This document shows, in pieces, positions 1 to 12,812 of a stretch of DNA of 64,000 bases; the first letter of the stretch is position 1; every line of letters starts with the position of its first letter. The DNA lies in assembly GCF_963921235.1 (NCBI RefSeq), contig NC_086109.1, forward strand, positions 29,638,001 through 29,702,000, written 5' to 3'. The notes below the pieces were generated by a model. That model was not told where the DNA came from, did not search any database, and saw nothing but the letters and a program-made list of their open reading frames with translations. This stretch comes from Mobula hypostoma (lineage: Eukaryota). The position numbers and the translations under genes are program-made.

Positions 1-79
1 AGGCCAGGCAGCATCTATAGGAAGAGGTACAGTCGACATTTCAGGCCAAGACCCTTCGTCAGGACTAACTGAAAGAAAG
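1..79 (-). mobile_element. Penelope-like element terminal repeat fragment with decayed hammerhead motif (runs off window start)
   Basis: Reverse complement of 30-67 reads tagtc-CTGACGA-a-ggg-tcttgg-cct-GAAA-tgtc-gactg; same family as 34489-35043. Confidence 0.75.
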
Positions 80-329
80 TATTTTCTCATATGGTTTTCT
101 TATAACCGATAATCTAGAATTCTAGCAATTTCACTGGAGTATATTTTGGAGGTGGAGCACAACACATTAACATTACCATTAAATGCATTTCTCATGTTTG
201 AAGCACTGCATTTACAGCACATTGAATGGACTGACTGGGGATAGATTTCTAGGGAAGTACTTATTAATATATATTGTTGGTCAGTGCAGTATCAAATTCA
301 AATCACTGTGCAATTTTCTCAAAAAGATT

Positions 330-660
330 TCAAGTTCTGATCCTATTCCAGGGAATTTAGAACAAAAATCTCAGCTGACTCACCAGTTTTGTATAGGTGG
401 GGTGCCATCTTTTGGATGAAATGGTAAACTTGGATCCTGTATGTACCTTCAGGTAGACATAAAATATCTTATAATGTTATTTAATAGGAGTGCCAAGGAG
501 TTAACACTGGTACCTTGACAACACTTATCCTTAAGTCAACTTTTTTTTCAAAAATACATCATCATTTGGTCTATATGTGAGAGTTTGTTTAGCGCTGATT
601 AGCTGCAGATTTCTGAAAGGTCCAGAAGTTTCTGGACGCCAAAAGCATATCATTGGTTGT
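330..660 (+). mobile_element. Degenerate Deu-domain SINE (SacSINE/AmnSINE-like)
   Basis: ggtgccatcttttggatgaaatggtaaact...gtagacataaaatatc...ggagttaacactggtaccttgacaacacttatcc resembles the Deu central domain as I recall it; boundaries approximate. Confidence 0.5.
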
Positions 661-964
661 TAGGTTCTCCGTTACATTCCATATGGAATGATTGATCATG
701 TCTGAGAAAAGCAACTGTAACTAATCTGGATGATAGGTCATATCTTTCAGTTATAAATATTCGAGATTGTTAAATTTAGCCTGCTGTTCTCTGAAGGGAA
801 AGCTTCTATCAATTTGAATTAATTTATCACATTCCATGATTTTTCTTGTTCTATCAATGAATCAATTAATCATGATTGTTTTTTGCATTTGCCTTCAATG
901 TCATAATGTTGCTGTAGCAATTCATGCATACTTCACAAACTTCGCCTTTTACTCTTTGGGCGTA

Positions 965-1270
965 GAAATGAAAAACATGCATTTATATAGACCCTTTTGC
1001 AAACACAGAGGGTTCCAAAGCATACTACAGCTAATTAAATACTGTTGAGCTGTAATATCGTCCTGTGGCCTGTGTTGGTGATGTAAATTTGGAGATAAAA
1101 AATGGCCATTACGTTCAGGGAGTCTGACACTGCATCAGAATTGTACTGTGGAATATTTGATATCCATCTGAAAAAGCAGACTGGCTCTGAAGTCTCAGCT
1201 GAGGTTATTGTTCTTAAGTTTCAGTAAAGGGGAATTGAATTCACAATCCTACTGCTCAGGGGGCTACCAA
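965..1270 (-). mobile_element. Degenerate Deu-domain SINE
   Basis: Antisense 3' tail (catgcatttatatagaccctttt) and antisense Deu-like segment (gtggaatatttgatatccatctgaaaaagcagac). Confidence 0.4.
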
Positions 1271-3271
1271 CTGCTGACTACAACAGAAGCACGAACTGAC
1301 TTCCTTCCAAGGGAAGCTCACTCTGCATGGTACTGAAGTTAAATTAATCTGACAGTAAATTCAAGCTTCATTTACTTGAGGCAAACAGAAAGAACTTGCA
1401 TCAGTACTCCAGTTATAGTGTGAAAGCTGCACAGTTTTAGAATTATCAAGCTAGCTAGCTAAAGCACTGAGTGGTCTTACAGCTGTGTTACTCTGGACCT
1501 CCAGTATTTTGCCTGCTTGTTGTTTTACTGTGTACTGGAATGGGTGGGTGAAATTATTGGAGCAATTTTATTAATTATTGTGGCAAAATCTACTGATTAT
1601 TACATCCCACTTATTTAATTGTGAAATGTAAATTCAATAAAGTGAGAACTAAATTAAACCAGTGGCTCGGAACCAGCAGTGAGAAAACTAATTCTGTAAT
1701 TAATAAAATAAAATGAAAATTAGTATTCTCCTTTATAGATATAAAAATGTTACATAAAGTGAGGGTTCTGTGAAGAGCCCTGTGCAGTTCGGTACAGTAT
1801 GTTTGACAAGCTGAAAAAAAGAATTTCTGCAGGACATGGGGGTTCTTGTTTTGGAGCAAATTAACACATCTTTATAATCGCGTCATTTGTGATAGTGGAA
1901 ATTTAGACAAAAAGGAAGAGTGAGTCAGACAGTTCACTGACACCATCATAGGTAGTGGATGGGTCAGGCATTTCACTGGAAATAAATTAGGTAGATTGAA
2001 AGCTTATCGGGGAAAACAGAAGCCAGAGCAACATAAGGGAAGTGAATCAGGGAAGCTAAGAAGTCTTTTGTGGGTAGGATGAGAGACAAACAAACTAGGG
2101 TGATTAGCTGCTTCACGGAAAGAGGATGTGGAATTGAAGAAAGAGGAAGTGTGGGAAAGGTGAACCTTTTGTGTTCTTTTCCCAAATCAATTTATTCCTC
2201 TTTTCCTGTTAGAATTGATCCTTTGTAACACATCACAGCTCCTTCCGTCCTTTATGCTCAGCAGTAAATATGAAACAGGCTTAATTTCTTCCAGTGAAGT
2301 TGAAGCATACGTTTAAAATATTTGTTAGCTAAGCTAAATAAGGCAGAATTATGTCACTTCCTGAAAAGGTGACTAGCTTTGTGTTTCTAATTTTTAACAC
2401 TGCTCGCATAAAGAGCTGATTGGAAACACTGCACGTGGAAGAAATCGCAAGTATAATTAAAACGAGGAAGAGGGCAGTGCGTAACACTATGACTGGGGGA
2501 AATTTTAATCTTCATGTCACAAAGAGCCCACACAAATAGAGCAGTATGCATGAATTTGTGAATTTACGAGTTACATAACGGAATTTTAAAATGGTATTCC
2601 ATTATGTAAGATGTGACATGGTGAGCAAACTGCTTTATTTTTCTGACAGATGTCTAGGACTTTTGAACAATGTAAAAATTTCTGTCATAGATTGAAGTAG
2701 TTAAATACGTAAATAGTGAAACAATATTTGGAAATAAAATAATGAAAATGTTTTAAGATCAGTAAATACTTAAAAAAATTAAAATAAATTAAAATAATCC
2801 AAACACTCGTATCTGCACTTTTCCCACGTGTCCAGTAACTCATTCCAAATGAATGAGGTTGCCATCTGTAAGTAAGGCTCTCTAGTGTGTAGCTGAGGGT
2901 CGGAAACAATTCTCTTCAATATGACAGTGTTCCACCAGTGTGCAGTAAGGTAATTGGTGTCATAGCAGGAGGTTAGATAAACTGCATTTAACGCCCAGCC
3001 TGTTTCAGATCCCTACACTTCATGACTTGTTGTATGTTGGTCTGATGCAGCCATCTGAACGTGCAAGAGTGTAAGAAGCTGCAGAGAATGCTGGTCTTAG
3101 CCTAAAACATCACACACACACATCCCTCCTCACCATTGATGGATTTCTACAGGAGGTGCAGCCTCAAGAAGTCAACATCTATCATCCACCATCCGCATCA
3201 TGCCAACTTCACGCAACTGCTGTTGGGCAGGAGGTACAGAAGCCTGAAGTCAAACACTACAAATTCCAGAA

Positions 3272-3398
3272 GGGTCTTGGCCCGAAACGTTGATGGTTAA
3301 TTACTTTCCATAGGTGCTGCCTGACCAGCTGAGTTCCTCCAGCATTTTGTGTGTGTTGCTTTGGATTTCCAGCATCTGCAGATTTTGCGGCGTTTGAG
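3272..3398 (+). mobile_element. Short PLE terminal-repeat insertion starting inside the hammerhead motif
   Basis: gggtcttggcccGAAAcgttga...ctgagttcctccagcattttgtgtgtg; direct repeat attccagaa at 3263-3271 and 3399-3407 (candidate TSD). Confidence 0.8.
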
Positions 3399-3507
3399 AT
3401 TCCAGAACAACTGCTTTCTTTTCTTCTTCTTGTGAATGCTTCTTATATGATGCCATGTGCCTGTAAAACTTGTGAGAAGGTTTTTCATTGCACCTGTACA
3501 TACAGTA

Positions 3508-4787
3508 CCATAAGATATAGAGCACAATTAGGCCATTCGGCCCATCAAGTCTGCTCTACCATTTCATCATGGCTGATCCAATTTTCCTCTCGGCCCCAAT
3601 CTCCTGCCTCCTCCCCATATCCCTTAATGCTCTGACCAACCTCTGCCTTAAATGTACATAAAGACCTGGCCTTCACATCTGCCTATGGCAAAGAATTCCA
3701 CAGATTCACCATTCTTTATCATTACTGTTCTAAAAGGGCATCCCTCTATTCTGAGGCTGTGAGGACTTAGGCTCTCCCATCATAGGAAACATCCTCTCCA
3801 CATCTACACTATCAAGGCCTTTCACCATTCAATAGGTTTCAATGAGGTCATCCCTCATTCTTCTGAGTTCTAGCGAATATAAGCCCAGAGCCATCAGACG
3901 TTCTTCATATGACAAGCCATTCAGTCATGGAACCATTTTCGTGAACCTCCTTTGAACCTTCTCCAGTTTCAGCACATCCTTTCTAAGGTAAGGGGCCCAA
4001 AACTGCTCACAATTCTGCAAGTGAGTCCTCACCAGTGCTTTATAAAGTCCAAACATTACATCCTTGCTTCTATTGAAATGAATGCTAACATTGCATTTGC
4101 CTTCCTCACTACAGACTCATCCTGCACAAGGTCTCGCAAGTCCCTTTGTGCCTCAGTTTTCTGTACTTTCTCTCCATTTAGAAAACAGTCAACCCTGTCA
4201 TTTCTTCTACAAAACTGCATGACCGTACACTTCCCAACACTGTATTCCATCTGCCCATTCTCCTAATCTGTCCAAGTCATTCTGTAGCCTCTTTACTTCC
4301 TCAAAACTACATGCCCCTCTACCTATCTTCATATCATCTGCACACCTTACAACAAAGCCATCAATTCCATTATCCAAATCATTGACATATAATCTAAAAA
4401 ACATTATTGGTCCCAATCCAACACAGAGCCCTGGGGAACACCACTAGTCACTGGTAGCCAGCCAGAAAAGGTTCCCTTTATTCCCACTCTTTGCCTACAG
4501 CCAATCAGCAACTGCTTTGTCCATGCTAGAATCTTTCCCGTAAAGCCGTAGGCTCCTAGCTTGTTAGGCAGCCTCAGGTATGGCACCTTGTCAAAGGCCT
4601 TCAGAAAATTCAAGTACACAACATCTACCGATTCTCCCTTGTCTATCCTGCTTGTTACTTCTTAAAAAGAATTCCACCAGATTTGTCAGGCAATATTTTC
4701 CCTTGAGGAAACCATGCTGACTATGGCCTATCTCATCACGTGCCTCCAAGTACCCTGAGATCTCATCCTTAATAATTGACTCCAACC
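3508..4787 (-). mobile_element. CR1 LINE, 5'-truncated and degraded
   Basis: Minus-strand ORF fragments with [28 protein letters not shown]; 3' tail near 3510. Confidence 0.9.
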
Positions 4788-5094
4788 ACTGAGTTCAGAC
4801 ATAAGCAAAAGCACATGTACTTGTGCTTCTGACAATTAACTTGACTTTGAATTAGACCAAGCTATCAAAGTTATATAGCACAGAAACCTGTCCTTTAACC
4901 TAATGAGTTCATGTTGACCAAGCTGCCTACTTGAGTTATACTATTTCCACACATTTGGCCCATATTCCTCGAAACTATTCCTGTCCATGTACCTGCCCAA
5001 AGTGAAGGAAGGCCAATACCTGTGGTCCTGTCAGCATGAGGCAAAACCATCAATAAAACAACTAAAACCACAGCTTTTCAAGTCAGCTAGGGTG

Positions 5095-5258
5095 ATCCTG
5101 GAGTTTAGAAAACTGTGGAGGGTGGTGGGGGATGTGGATCTTATTAAGACCTACCAAATACTGAAAGGCCTAGATAGAGTGGATATGGAGAAGATTTCTC
5201 CAACAGTGGGAGAGTTGAGGACCAGACGGCACAGCTTCAGATTACAAAGATTTAGCTC
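5095..5258 (+). mobile_element. CR1 3' fragment interrupted by Gypsy LTR; extreme 3' end resumes at ~7135-7175
   Basis: DLIKTYQILKGLDRVD...RTRRHS; after the Gypsy, ggactgaatagcctgactctacaactatgcctt resembles the CR1 terminus. Confidence 0.7.
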
Positions 5259-7135
5259 TGTTTTGTAACTCCAAAACATACAGTAAAAACTAACAGAAAG
5301 ATAAACAAGGGAGCTGGGAATGTGAATTTTGACTTTAAGCGAGGCACATGCATATGACATGGTGACGTGATGACGTATACCATTCATTTACTTTGTGCAT
5401 ATAACCAGAATAAATTATTTAAATGAACAAGAATGTTTATTCAAACAATATATTTACAATATTACTCCAATAATAAAGAAATATTAAATATGCAACACTC
5501 CTTCCTACTTAGCTATAAACCAACTCAATATAAAATACAGCTCAACTATATACACAGTATATTATATAACACAACTACTATATAGACATCCACAACACAG
5601 TAAATTTTAAATTGTCCCACTCAAGACTAAAGATTTAATTGCTGTGGAAGGTTTCTTACTCTTGGGGGATAATGTCTTTCATGACAAAGGAGATCACTCT
5701 GCTTGGCAGCTGAGACATGGCTGTGAAACAATCTCAGGTTCTGAGGTTTCCTCTGTGGTGTTTGTAGGAATTGTCACTGAGACTACAGGAAGTGGCTCTG
5801 ATAGCTGTGGACACCTATCTTCTGGGGGTGTTGGCCTCCCAAAGAGTACATGGCTAGTTTCACTGCTTGATGTGGATCATAACGTGTGAGTACAGTGTTG
5901 GACGTCACCATTTCCTTTACCTTTTGGAAACCACCTGACACTGCCTTGTCCATTGCCATTCCTTCCTGATCCATAGTAATGACTTCAAGGGGTGGAATAC
6001 AGTCGCCAGTTTTGGCATAGTAATTAACAAACCCTATAAATGACCGCAACTGTGACACGTCTTTTGGCCTTAAGGCATCCGCCACTGCTTGAATTTTCTC
6101 AGCACACTTGTGTAATTCTTGTAGGTCAATGGTATGACCACAGTAAGTGATCCTTGGATGTCATGGGATGATATTTGTTCTGTCATAATCAGAGACCATA
6201 CTCTTCTAATCTTGTTAACACTGCCTTGAGATTTTGGAGACATTCCTTGCCATCCTTACCAGTAACAATTATGTCATCCAGGTAACTCTGAGTGCCCGGA
6301 CAGCCTTGCAGCACTTGCTCCATAGCTCGCTGCCAGAGTGCAGGTGCAGATGCTACTCCAAAAATAAGCCTGTTATAGTGATAAAGCCCTTCGTGAGTGT
6401 TAATGTTGAGAAACACTATGGACTCTTCTTCCTTGTCTATCTGTATGTAGGCCTCAGCTAAGCCCACTTTGCCGAAGTGTTTTCCTCCAGAAAGGTTTGT
6501 AAAGATATCCTCTATCCTGGGCAAAGGGTCTTGATCTACTTTCAGTACTGGTTTAATGGTGACCTTAAAACCACCTGACAGACCCATTCTTCTTGGCTAC
6601 TGGGGCCCCCGGTGTTGCGCATGGGCTCTACTCAACCTTAGAAAGTATTCTTCAAGCAAACATTTGTTCTAGCTCACTGGTTACTTTATCATGGATGGTA
6701 TAAGGAACTGAATGGGCTTTGTAATACTTGGGTGTGGCACCTTCATTTAACACTATTTTATCTGTGCTATGTTTGAGTTTTCCAATACCATCCTTGAACA
6801 CTGCTGTGGCATCATCCGATACCCTTCTTAATTTGATTTCAGTTGATTCTATTGTAGGGATGTGGCATGGAAATGGTGGATGGATTTCCCGTCAAATTGT
6901 AGTTGTCTCAGTCACTCACGACCCCACAGTGCTGGGCTTCCTGTTTATACCCCATAGAAATCCATTGTGGCTTTTAGGTTGTTGTAGTTCACTGTTATGA
7001 ATGCCATTCCCGCAAGAGTTATCTTTTCCCCAGTATACTTTCATAGTTGGATATCCGCAGGCTTCAGTTTAGTATCTTTGAAATGACGTTCAAATTCATT
7101 TTTTTGAATGACCGAAGCAGCCAAGCCAGTGGACT
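5259..7135 (-). mobile_element. Gypsy/Ty3 LTR retrotransposon remnant (3' LTR, PPT, deleted pol)
   Basis: LTR 5259-5497 with TG...CA ends, adjacent PPT (aggaaggag on minus, 5498-5506); RT ORF 6189-6587 (PLPRIEDIF, FGVASAPALWQ, YLDDIIV); LRSFIGFVNYY; protease-like TGLAASVI near 7110-7135. No 5' LTR. Confidence 0.9.
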
Positions 7136-7379
7136 GAATAGCCTGACTCTACAACTATGCCTTGCGGTTTTATGGGCTGCAAGGTGAGAGGAGATTACAA
7201 CAAAAGAGTGCAGGGAGGTCAAGCAGAGACTTGAAGCAAGGATGTGAATTTTGAAAGAGTCAACCAGAAACCAGTAAAACTCAACAGGGGAAAGGGGTAT
7301 GAGCTTGCTAACAGTTAACATACTCACAACAGAGTTATGGGTAACCTCAAATTTATAGCAAATGGAATAATGAAAGTTA

Positions 7380-8350
7380 GGACCATTTTGCATGGTGCAC
7401 ATTGAGGTATCAAATGCATTGATATTTCAGCATCAGTTGATCAGTTGGCACTAAGTGATTGTACAGTTGTGGTATGTTAGGGGTTATAACTAAGTTCTCA
7501 GCAGTTCATCAGAGGGTAAAATATGTCATTGAGGTAAAGAAAAGTCTGATTCAGCTGCAGAGGATTGTCAGAACAAAAAGGTGGAGTCAGTTGTTAAGGG
7601 ATGGTGGAACTCAAAGATAGTGGTTTCAACTTTCACAATGATCAGTTGTAGGAAACTTTCTGTCAATCCAGCACAGGATGATGTACAAGCAGACTGAAAA
7701 TTTAGAGGCAGTTCTGGATTTTGAAGAAGCAATGGAATATGTGGACCTGTGTGTCAGCTAAGTAATTATAGAAACCGACATTCCATTTTAAAGATTTGTT
7801 GCTGTGGAGACCTCATTTCAGAGAAAAAGGAGAGGAGGCTGTAAAGATGGATTCTGAAGGAACATCAGAGGTAATGGTGCAGGACATGGAAGATAAGTTA
7901 TTTCTCGAATTTTCTTGTAACAATGGGAGAGTTAGGAATGGAATCAGATATGGTCAATAACAGTGGCAAAGTGTTGGGAAAGATCATGCTTAACTGAGTA
8001 AAGGGGTTAAGAAAGATGAGAAGGAACATGTTATTTTGTGTCATTTGTAACATTGACAATATTTTGATCAGGGATCTGGGGTAGAAATTAGCCAGAATGA
8101 AGATCATGGAGCTGTAGGCAACATTGCATTTTAGGGCATTTCTTGAAGGGTAGTAAAATTTTAGTTGAGACAACTATTTGCAAAGACAGAGCACACTTTT
8201 TGATGGGATGGGTGATGATAGGAATTTCAGTGTTAGTAGAGTGAACCAGGAAGGAATGATGGTTGGTCAGGTATTCGAAGAGATAGTTTGGAGGAACACT
8301 CTATGGGTCTCAAGGTAAGTCAAGCTAAGTGAAAACATGAGTTCAGGCTA
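7380..8350 (-). mobile_element. Ancient L2 LINE fossil (RT region)
   Basis: Manual minus-strand translation gives GFYNYLADTQV..SKFSVCL..W..FLQL..K.E (~7620-7780) and DAEI.NAFDTS (~7400-7435), matching L2 YADDTQLY/NFLQLN..KTE/AFVTSRLDY motifs. Confidence 0.6.
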
Positions 8351-10263
8351 AAGAAATTAAAGATTGTTGGGGAGGAGCAACTATAGCTAGATAAAAAATT
8401 TAAGACCTGGTAACTATTAACACGAATTAGAATTCATTTTCATGAACCTTTTCAAAATGTAAACTACAAGCAGTGATCAGTTTTGAAAATAATAGCATTG
8501 CTGTTTGAATGAGCATCATAATGGATCGATAAGGTTTGTAAACTGACCTGCCCATAAGGCATTCTCATATGCTTTGGCCAAATGTACAGGCAATGGAGTT
8601 ATAATAATTGGCCGACATCAAACCAGCCATCAGACATTTTGAGTGAAGTTATATTACATCATTGTGATAGAGATCAAAGAAACTCCCAGACCATGATGGT
8701 TATTTTACAATCTTGTACATCAAACGTGGCCAAGGACATGTTTGCTCTCGCAATCAATGTTTCAAATATAATTAATTTAGTTACATTTCCAAATTACGAT
8801 GAAGAGGTATGGCATGATATTTTATTTGTGCCTCACTGACACTGAATTGGCAGCTAATTTGCATGGTAAATCTTATTTCTAATGTATTAAAAAAAGGAGA
8901 AAATATTGTCATAGGACATCAAAGGCAGGCCTTCTGGACCTTGTGTCAGTGTCAGCAATGGACATTGACACTGGCTGTGGACCCTCTGTATTTGAACTCA
9001 CATTGCATTGATTGGTCCTCTGATAAAGGAACAGCCAAGTAAATACACCTTACCTTTTGTATCAGGAAAATAAACATTGTTAAATTTCACCGTCAACATA
9101 TTTTCAGTAACATTATGGGACAGAACTGGCCAGAAAACTCATATCAAGTTTTAAGCTTGATTAACGAGGGGTTGTTTCAGGCCTTGTTAAAGGAAGAGGG
9201 AGCTGTGGAGAAGGGTTAGGGAAAGGCTTTCCAGAGCGTTGAGCACGACTGCCAAAGACAAGACAATAAGGCAGAGGCTGAAGGATGTAGCTTTTCAGGC
9301 TAAAGAAGCTTATAGAATTGTAAATTGTGTTTTACATTCGTGTTTCCAGGATTTCAAAGTTAGCAAGAACAGTGAGGTAGGATGACCCACGAGGCAGATT
9401 GCGTTGGTTGTGGGAGTGAAAATTCAGTTTGTGATCAGGTGAGACAAATATTTTGCAGTAGGCAATGGCAGAAGCCTGGAAGCAGCTAAAAGAACTAGAA
9501 AGGTGGTATCATTTGTGTTGCGATCTGAAGAAAAGTAAGTCCCATGTTGAAATGGAGAATCTTTTAAATCTTTCAACATCTTAGGCAGTCTGATTGCATA
9601 GTGATAATGGATACATCTCTGGAGATAGTGATAAGGAAGAATTAGATGTCACGGGCAGCAATAAGAGCAGTGATTCTGTATCCTCAATTAATGTTAGCGA
9701 TGGGTTGGAGGTGGATGTAGAAAAGGATAAGAGTGGAAGGTTAATGGCCAATGGTGACTCCTTGTGGTGATTATGAGAATGGAGTGAGGTTGAAATTGGA
9801 AAACTATTTTTATTGAGCAATACATTAACTAGAGTAGAACCAAACAGCGGCACCTCCAGAACGACGAACCTGCATTGCATCCAGAGGGGGAGGATGTGGC
9901 CAAATTTATCATAGTTATTACACAGGAAGGATGGAGTCCCTTGTTAAGTCAAAAACATCGACAATCAATCAATAAAATTGCATAACTCAGAATAAGTGCA
10001 GGTGAACACAGATGTGTAAATATATTTTATGCCATTGTATCAAGAAAGTAAATATTGTTAGATAAGCCATCAACTTGTTTCCAGTAATACCTAATGTTCC
10101 TTATCATGAATACACTTGGCCACAATATCAAAACACCCTGGTTATATAAATTTGCCAGTAATCTAGCACATTGTCCCTTCTTCATCTTGTGGCTTATGTC
10201 TTGAACCCCTTTGCACACTTTTTGACTGTAATTTTTTCATTAATGTTCACCTGTCCTTGAGAA

Positions 10264-11102
10264 AGAAACATAGGAAACATACTGCACAATGCAGGCCCTT
10301 TGTCCCACAAAACTGTGCCGAACATGTCCCTACCTTAAAACTACCTAGGCTTTACCCATAGCCCTTTTTTTTTCTAAGCTCCATGTAGCCATCCAGGAGT
10401 CTCTTAAAAGACCCTATCGTTTCCGCCTCCACCACCGCCACTGGCAGCCCAATCCACATACTCACCACTCACTGCGTAAAAAACTTACCCCTGACATTTC
10501 CTCTGTACCTACTTCCAAGCACCTTAAACGTATGCCCTCTCATGCTAGCCATTTCAGCCCTGGGGAAAAGCTCCAAGGAGAAAAGGTCGAGTTCACGCAA
10601 CCTGTTCTCATAAGGCATGCTCCCCAATCCAGGCAACATCCTTGTAAATCTCCTCTGCACCCTTTCTATGGCTTCCACATCTTTCCTATAGTGATGCGAC
10701 CAGAATTGAGCACAGTACTCCAAGTGGGCTCTGACCAGGGTCCTATATAGCTACAACATTACCTCTTGGCTCTTAAACTCAATCCCATGATTGATGAAGG
10801 CAATGCACTATATGCCTTCTTAACTACAGAGTCAATCTGTGTAGCAGCTTTGAGTGTCCTATGGACTCAGACCCCAAGATCCCTCTGATCCTCCATACTG
10901 CCAAGAGACTTTCCATTAATACTATATTCTGCCATCATATTTGAAGTACCAAAATGAACCACTTCACACTTATCTGGGTTGAACTCCAACTGCCACTTCT
11001 CAGCCCAGATTTGCATCCTATTAATGTCCTGTTGTAACCTCTGACAGCCCTCCACACTATCCACAACACACCCAACCTTTGTGTCATCAGCAACTTTACT
11101 AA
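10264..11102 (-). mobile_element. CR1 LINE 3' fragment (subfamily shared with 49968-51467)
   Basis: ADDTKVG..VDSVEGCQRLQ, AEYSINGK, EYCAQFWSHHYRKD in ORFs 10867-11241 and 10469-10723. Confidence 0.9.
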
Positions 11103-11161
11103 AGATTGGGGAAACAAAAGTAAAATCTCCCTTCAGAAAATGGTGATACTTCCAATGCTCT

Positions 11162-11392
11162 AAAATGAGAAAATTTGCATATGCTGGAAATCCAAGCAAA
11201 ACACACAAAATGCTTGAGGAACTCAGCAGGCCAGGCAGCACCTATGGAAAAGAGTAAACAGTCAATGTTTCAGGTTGAGGCCCTGATGAAAGGGTCCTGA
11301 TCAAGGGTCTCAGCCCGAAACGTCGACTATTTACTCTTTTCTATTGATGCTGGCTGACTTGCTGAGTTCCTCCAGCATTGTGTGTGTGTTGT
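11162..11392. mobile_element. Fold-back (inverted) PLE terminal-repeat unit
   Basis: Two inverted arms meeting at hammerhead-like cores; flanking repeat ttccaatg(c/t)tct at 11150-11161 and 11393-11404. Confidence 0.85.
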
Positions 11393-12464
11393 TTCCAATG
11401 TTCTGCTGTGTTTCAAATTTCCCCTCCCACTACATTCTACTCCCATCAACAAATTTGCATCAGAAACTTCATATTATTATAAGAAGTCTCGCATTTGAGC
11501 TGTCAAAAGTCCAGTTCAGAAATGTGTCAGTAAAATTTATCCCAGATGTTAAGTAAAATATTTAATTTGAAATAAATTTGGATACCACATGCTTTTTGTA
11601 CCTCATTTTCCACGTGCTTCTTACATTTCTCTTAACGTGGAATTACTGCATTTGTGGGAGATTCAACTAAATACAGTTTTTCAGAGTGTTTTATATTTCA
11701 GACAACATGTAAACATACACAGATAAAGTAAGTATATAACAAGACTATGAATCAGTTAGCTATAATAATGAGAAATTAAAGCAAAGCATTCATGTCTTCC
11801 AATCGACTGGATTGTTGATTGATTTCGTGGATAGTTTTTCTTTATACTCCTTATTTTTTAAAATTTCCTTCAGCATCCAGGGTTCTCTGCAGATTTTCAG
11901 ACATCCACCCACAGCAGGAAATTTTAATCATGCTTCACCATTAAGGGCATGAAGATAGAAATGTAGGTTAGGATGAGGGATGGGGAGGCAGGATGAGCAG
12001 AGCCTTTGAGAGCAGTTAGCCAAATGTGTGAAATGGCCACCTTGACCAACTCAATAAGGATGTCCTTCCACCTGCACATGGCACCTCCACACTCACTGAG
12101 TCATGTGGCTGCAGCTCTGGGTAAAGATGGAGCATGGATGCAAATATTACAGACAGCTTAGAAGTCCATGAATCTATTTGCAAGTTTACTGCATGAGATA
12201 ACACTCTCAACTATTAGTTGCTAAAGGAAAACAGGAGGCCTCCATGTGGAGAGCCCTACATAGGTACAAGGTGAGCCCATTCAATAAACCCTTCTGTGAA
12301 TGTTCAGTGACACTGAGGGGATTCCTGAGAGACAATTTAGGTTGTGTCAAGCCAGCTCCTGAGGAAGTTTTCAGGCTCAGACAAAATAAGCATCTCTGGC
12401 TAACCAGGGGTCAATTTGGTGAACATGAGTCACACACCCTTAAGCCATCTTGCAAGGCCTAGTT

Positions 12465-12812
12465 AGAGTGTACATGGAGAGGTTGTTTTCAATAATGGGA
12501 GAGTCCAGAACCAGACAGCGCAGCCTCAGAAAAGAATAACATCCCTTTAGAACAGAGATTAGGAGAAATTTCTTCAGCAAATAAATGGTGAATCTGTGAA
12601 ATCTATTGCCTCAGGTGGCTGTGGAGGCCAGATCACTGGGTATATTTAAAATGGAGCTTGATAGGTTCTTGATTAATAAGGGCATCAAAAATTACTGGGA
12701 AAAGGCAGGAGAATGGGGCTGAGAGGGATAATAAATCAGCTATGATCGAATAGCAGAGCAGACTTGATGGGCCAAATGGCCAAATTCTGCTTCTATGTCT
12801 CAAGGTCTTATG
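12465..12812 (+). mobile_element. CR1 3' end fragment
   Basis: gagtccagaaccaga...ccctttagaacagag...ggtgaatctgtg...gggccaaatggccaaattctgcttctatgtc. Confidence 0.8.

Larger units (their letters stand above)
3035..4850 (+). mobile_element. Rex1/Babar-like LINE 3' fragment in three pieces (3035-3271, ~3400-3500, ~4800-4850), interrupted by PLE and CR1 insertions
   Basis: Degenerate KKLQR...GRRYRSL C-terminal coding (gggcaggaggtacagaagcctg); 3' tail tgacaattaacttgactttga at ~4830-4850. Confidence 0.55.
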
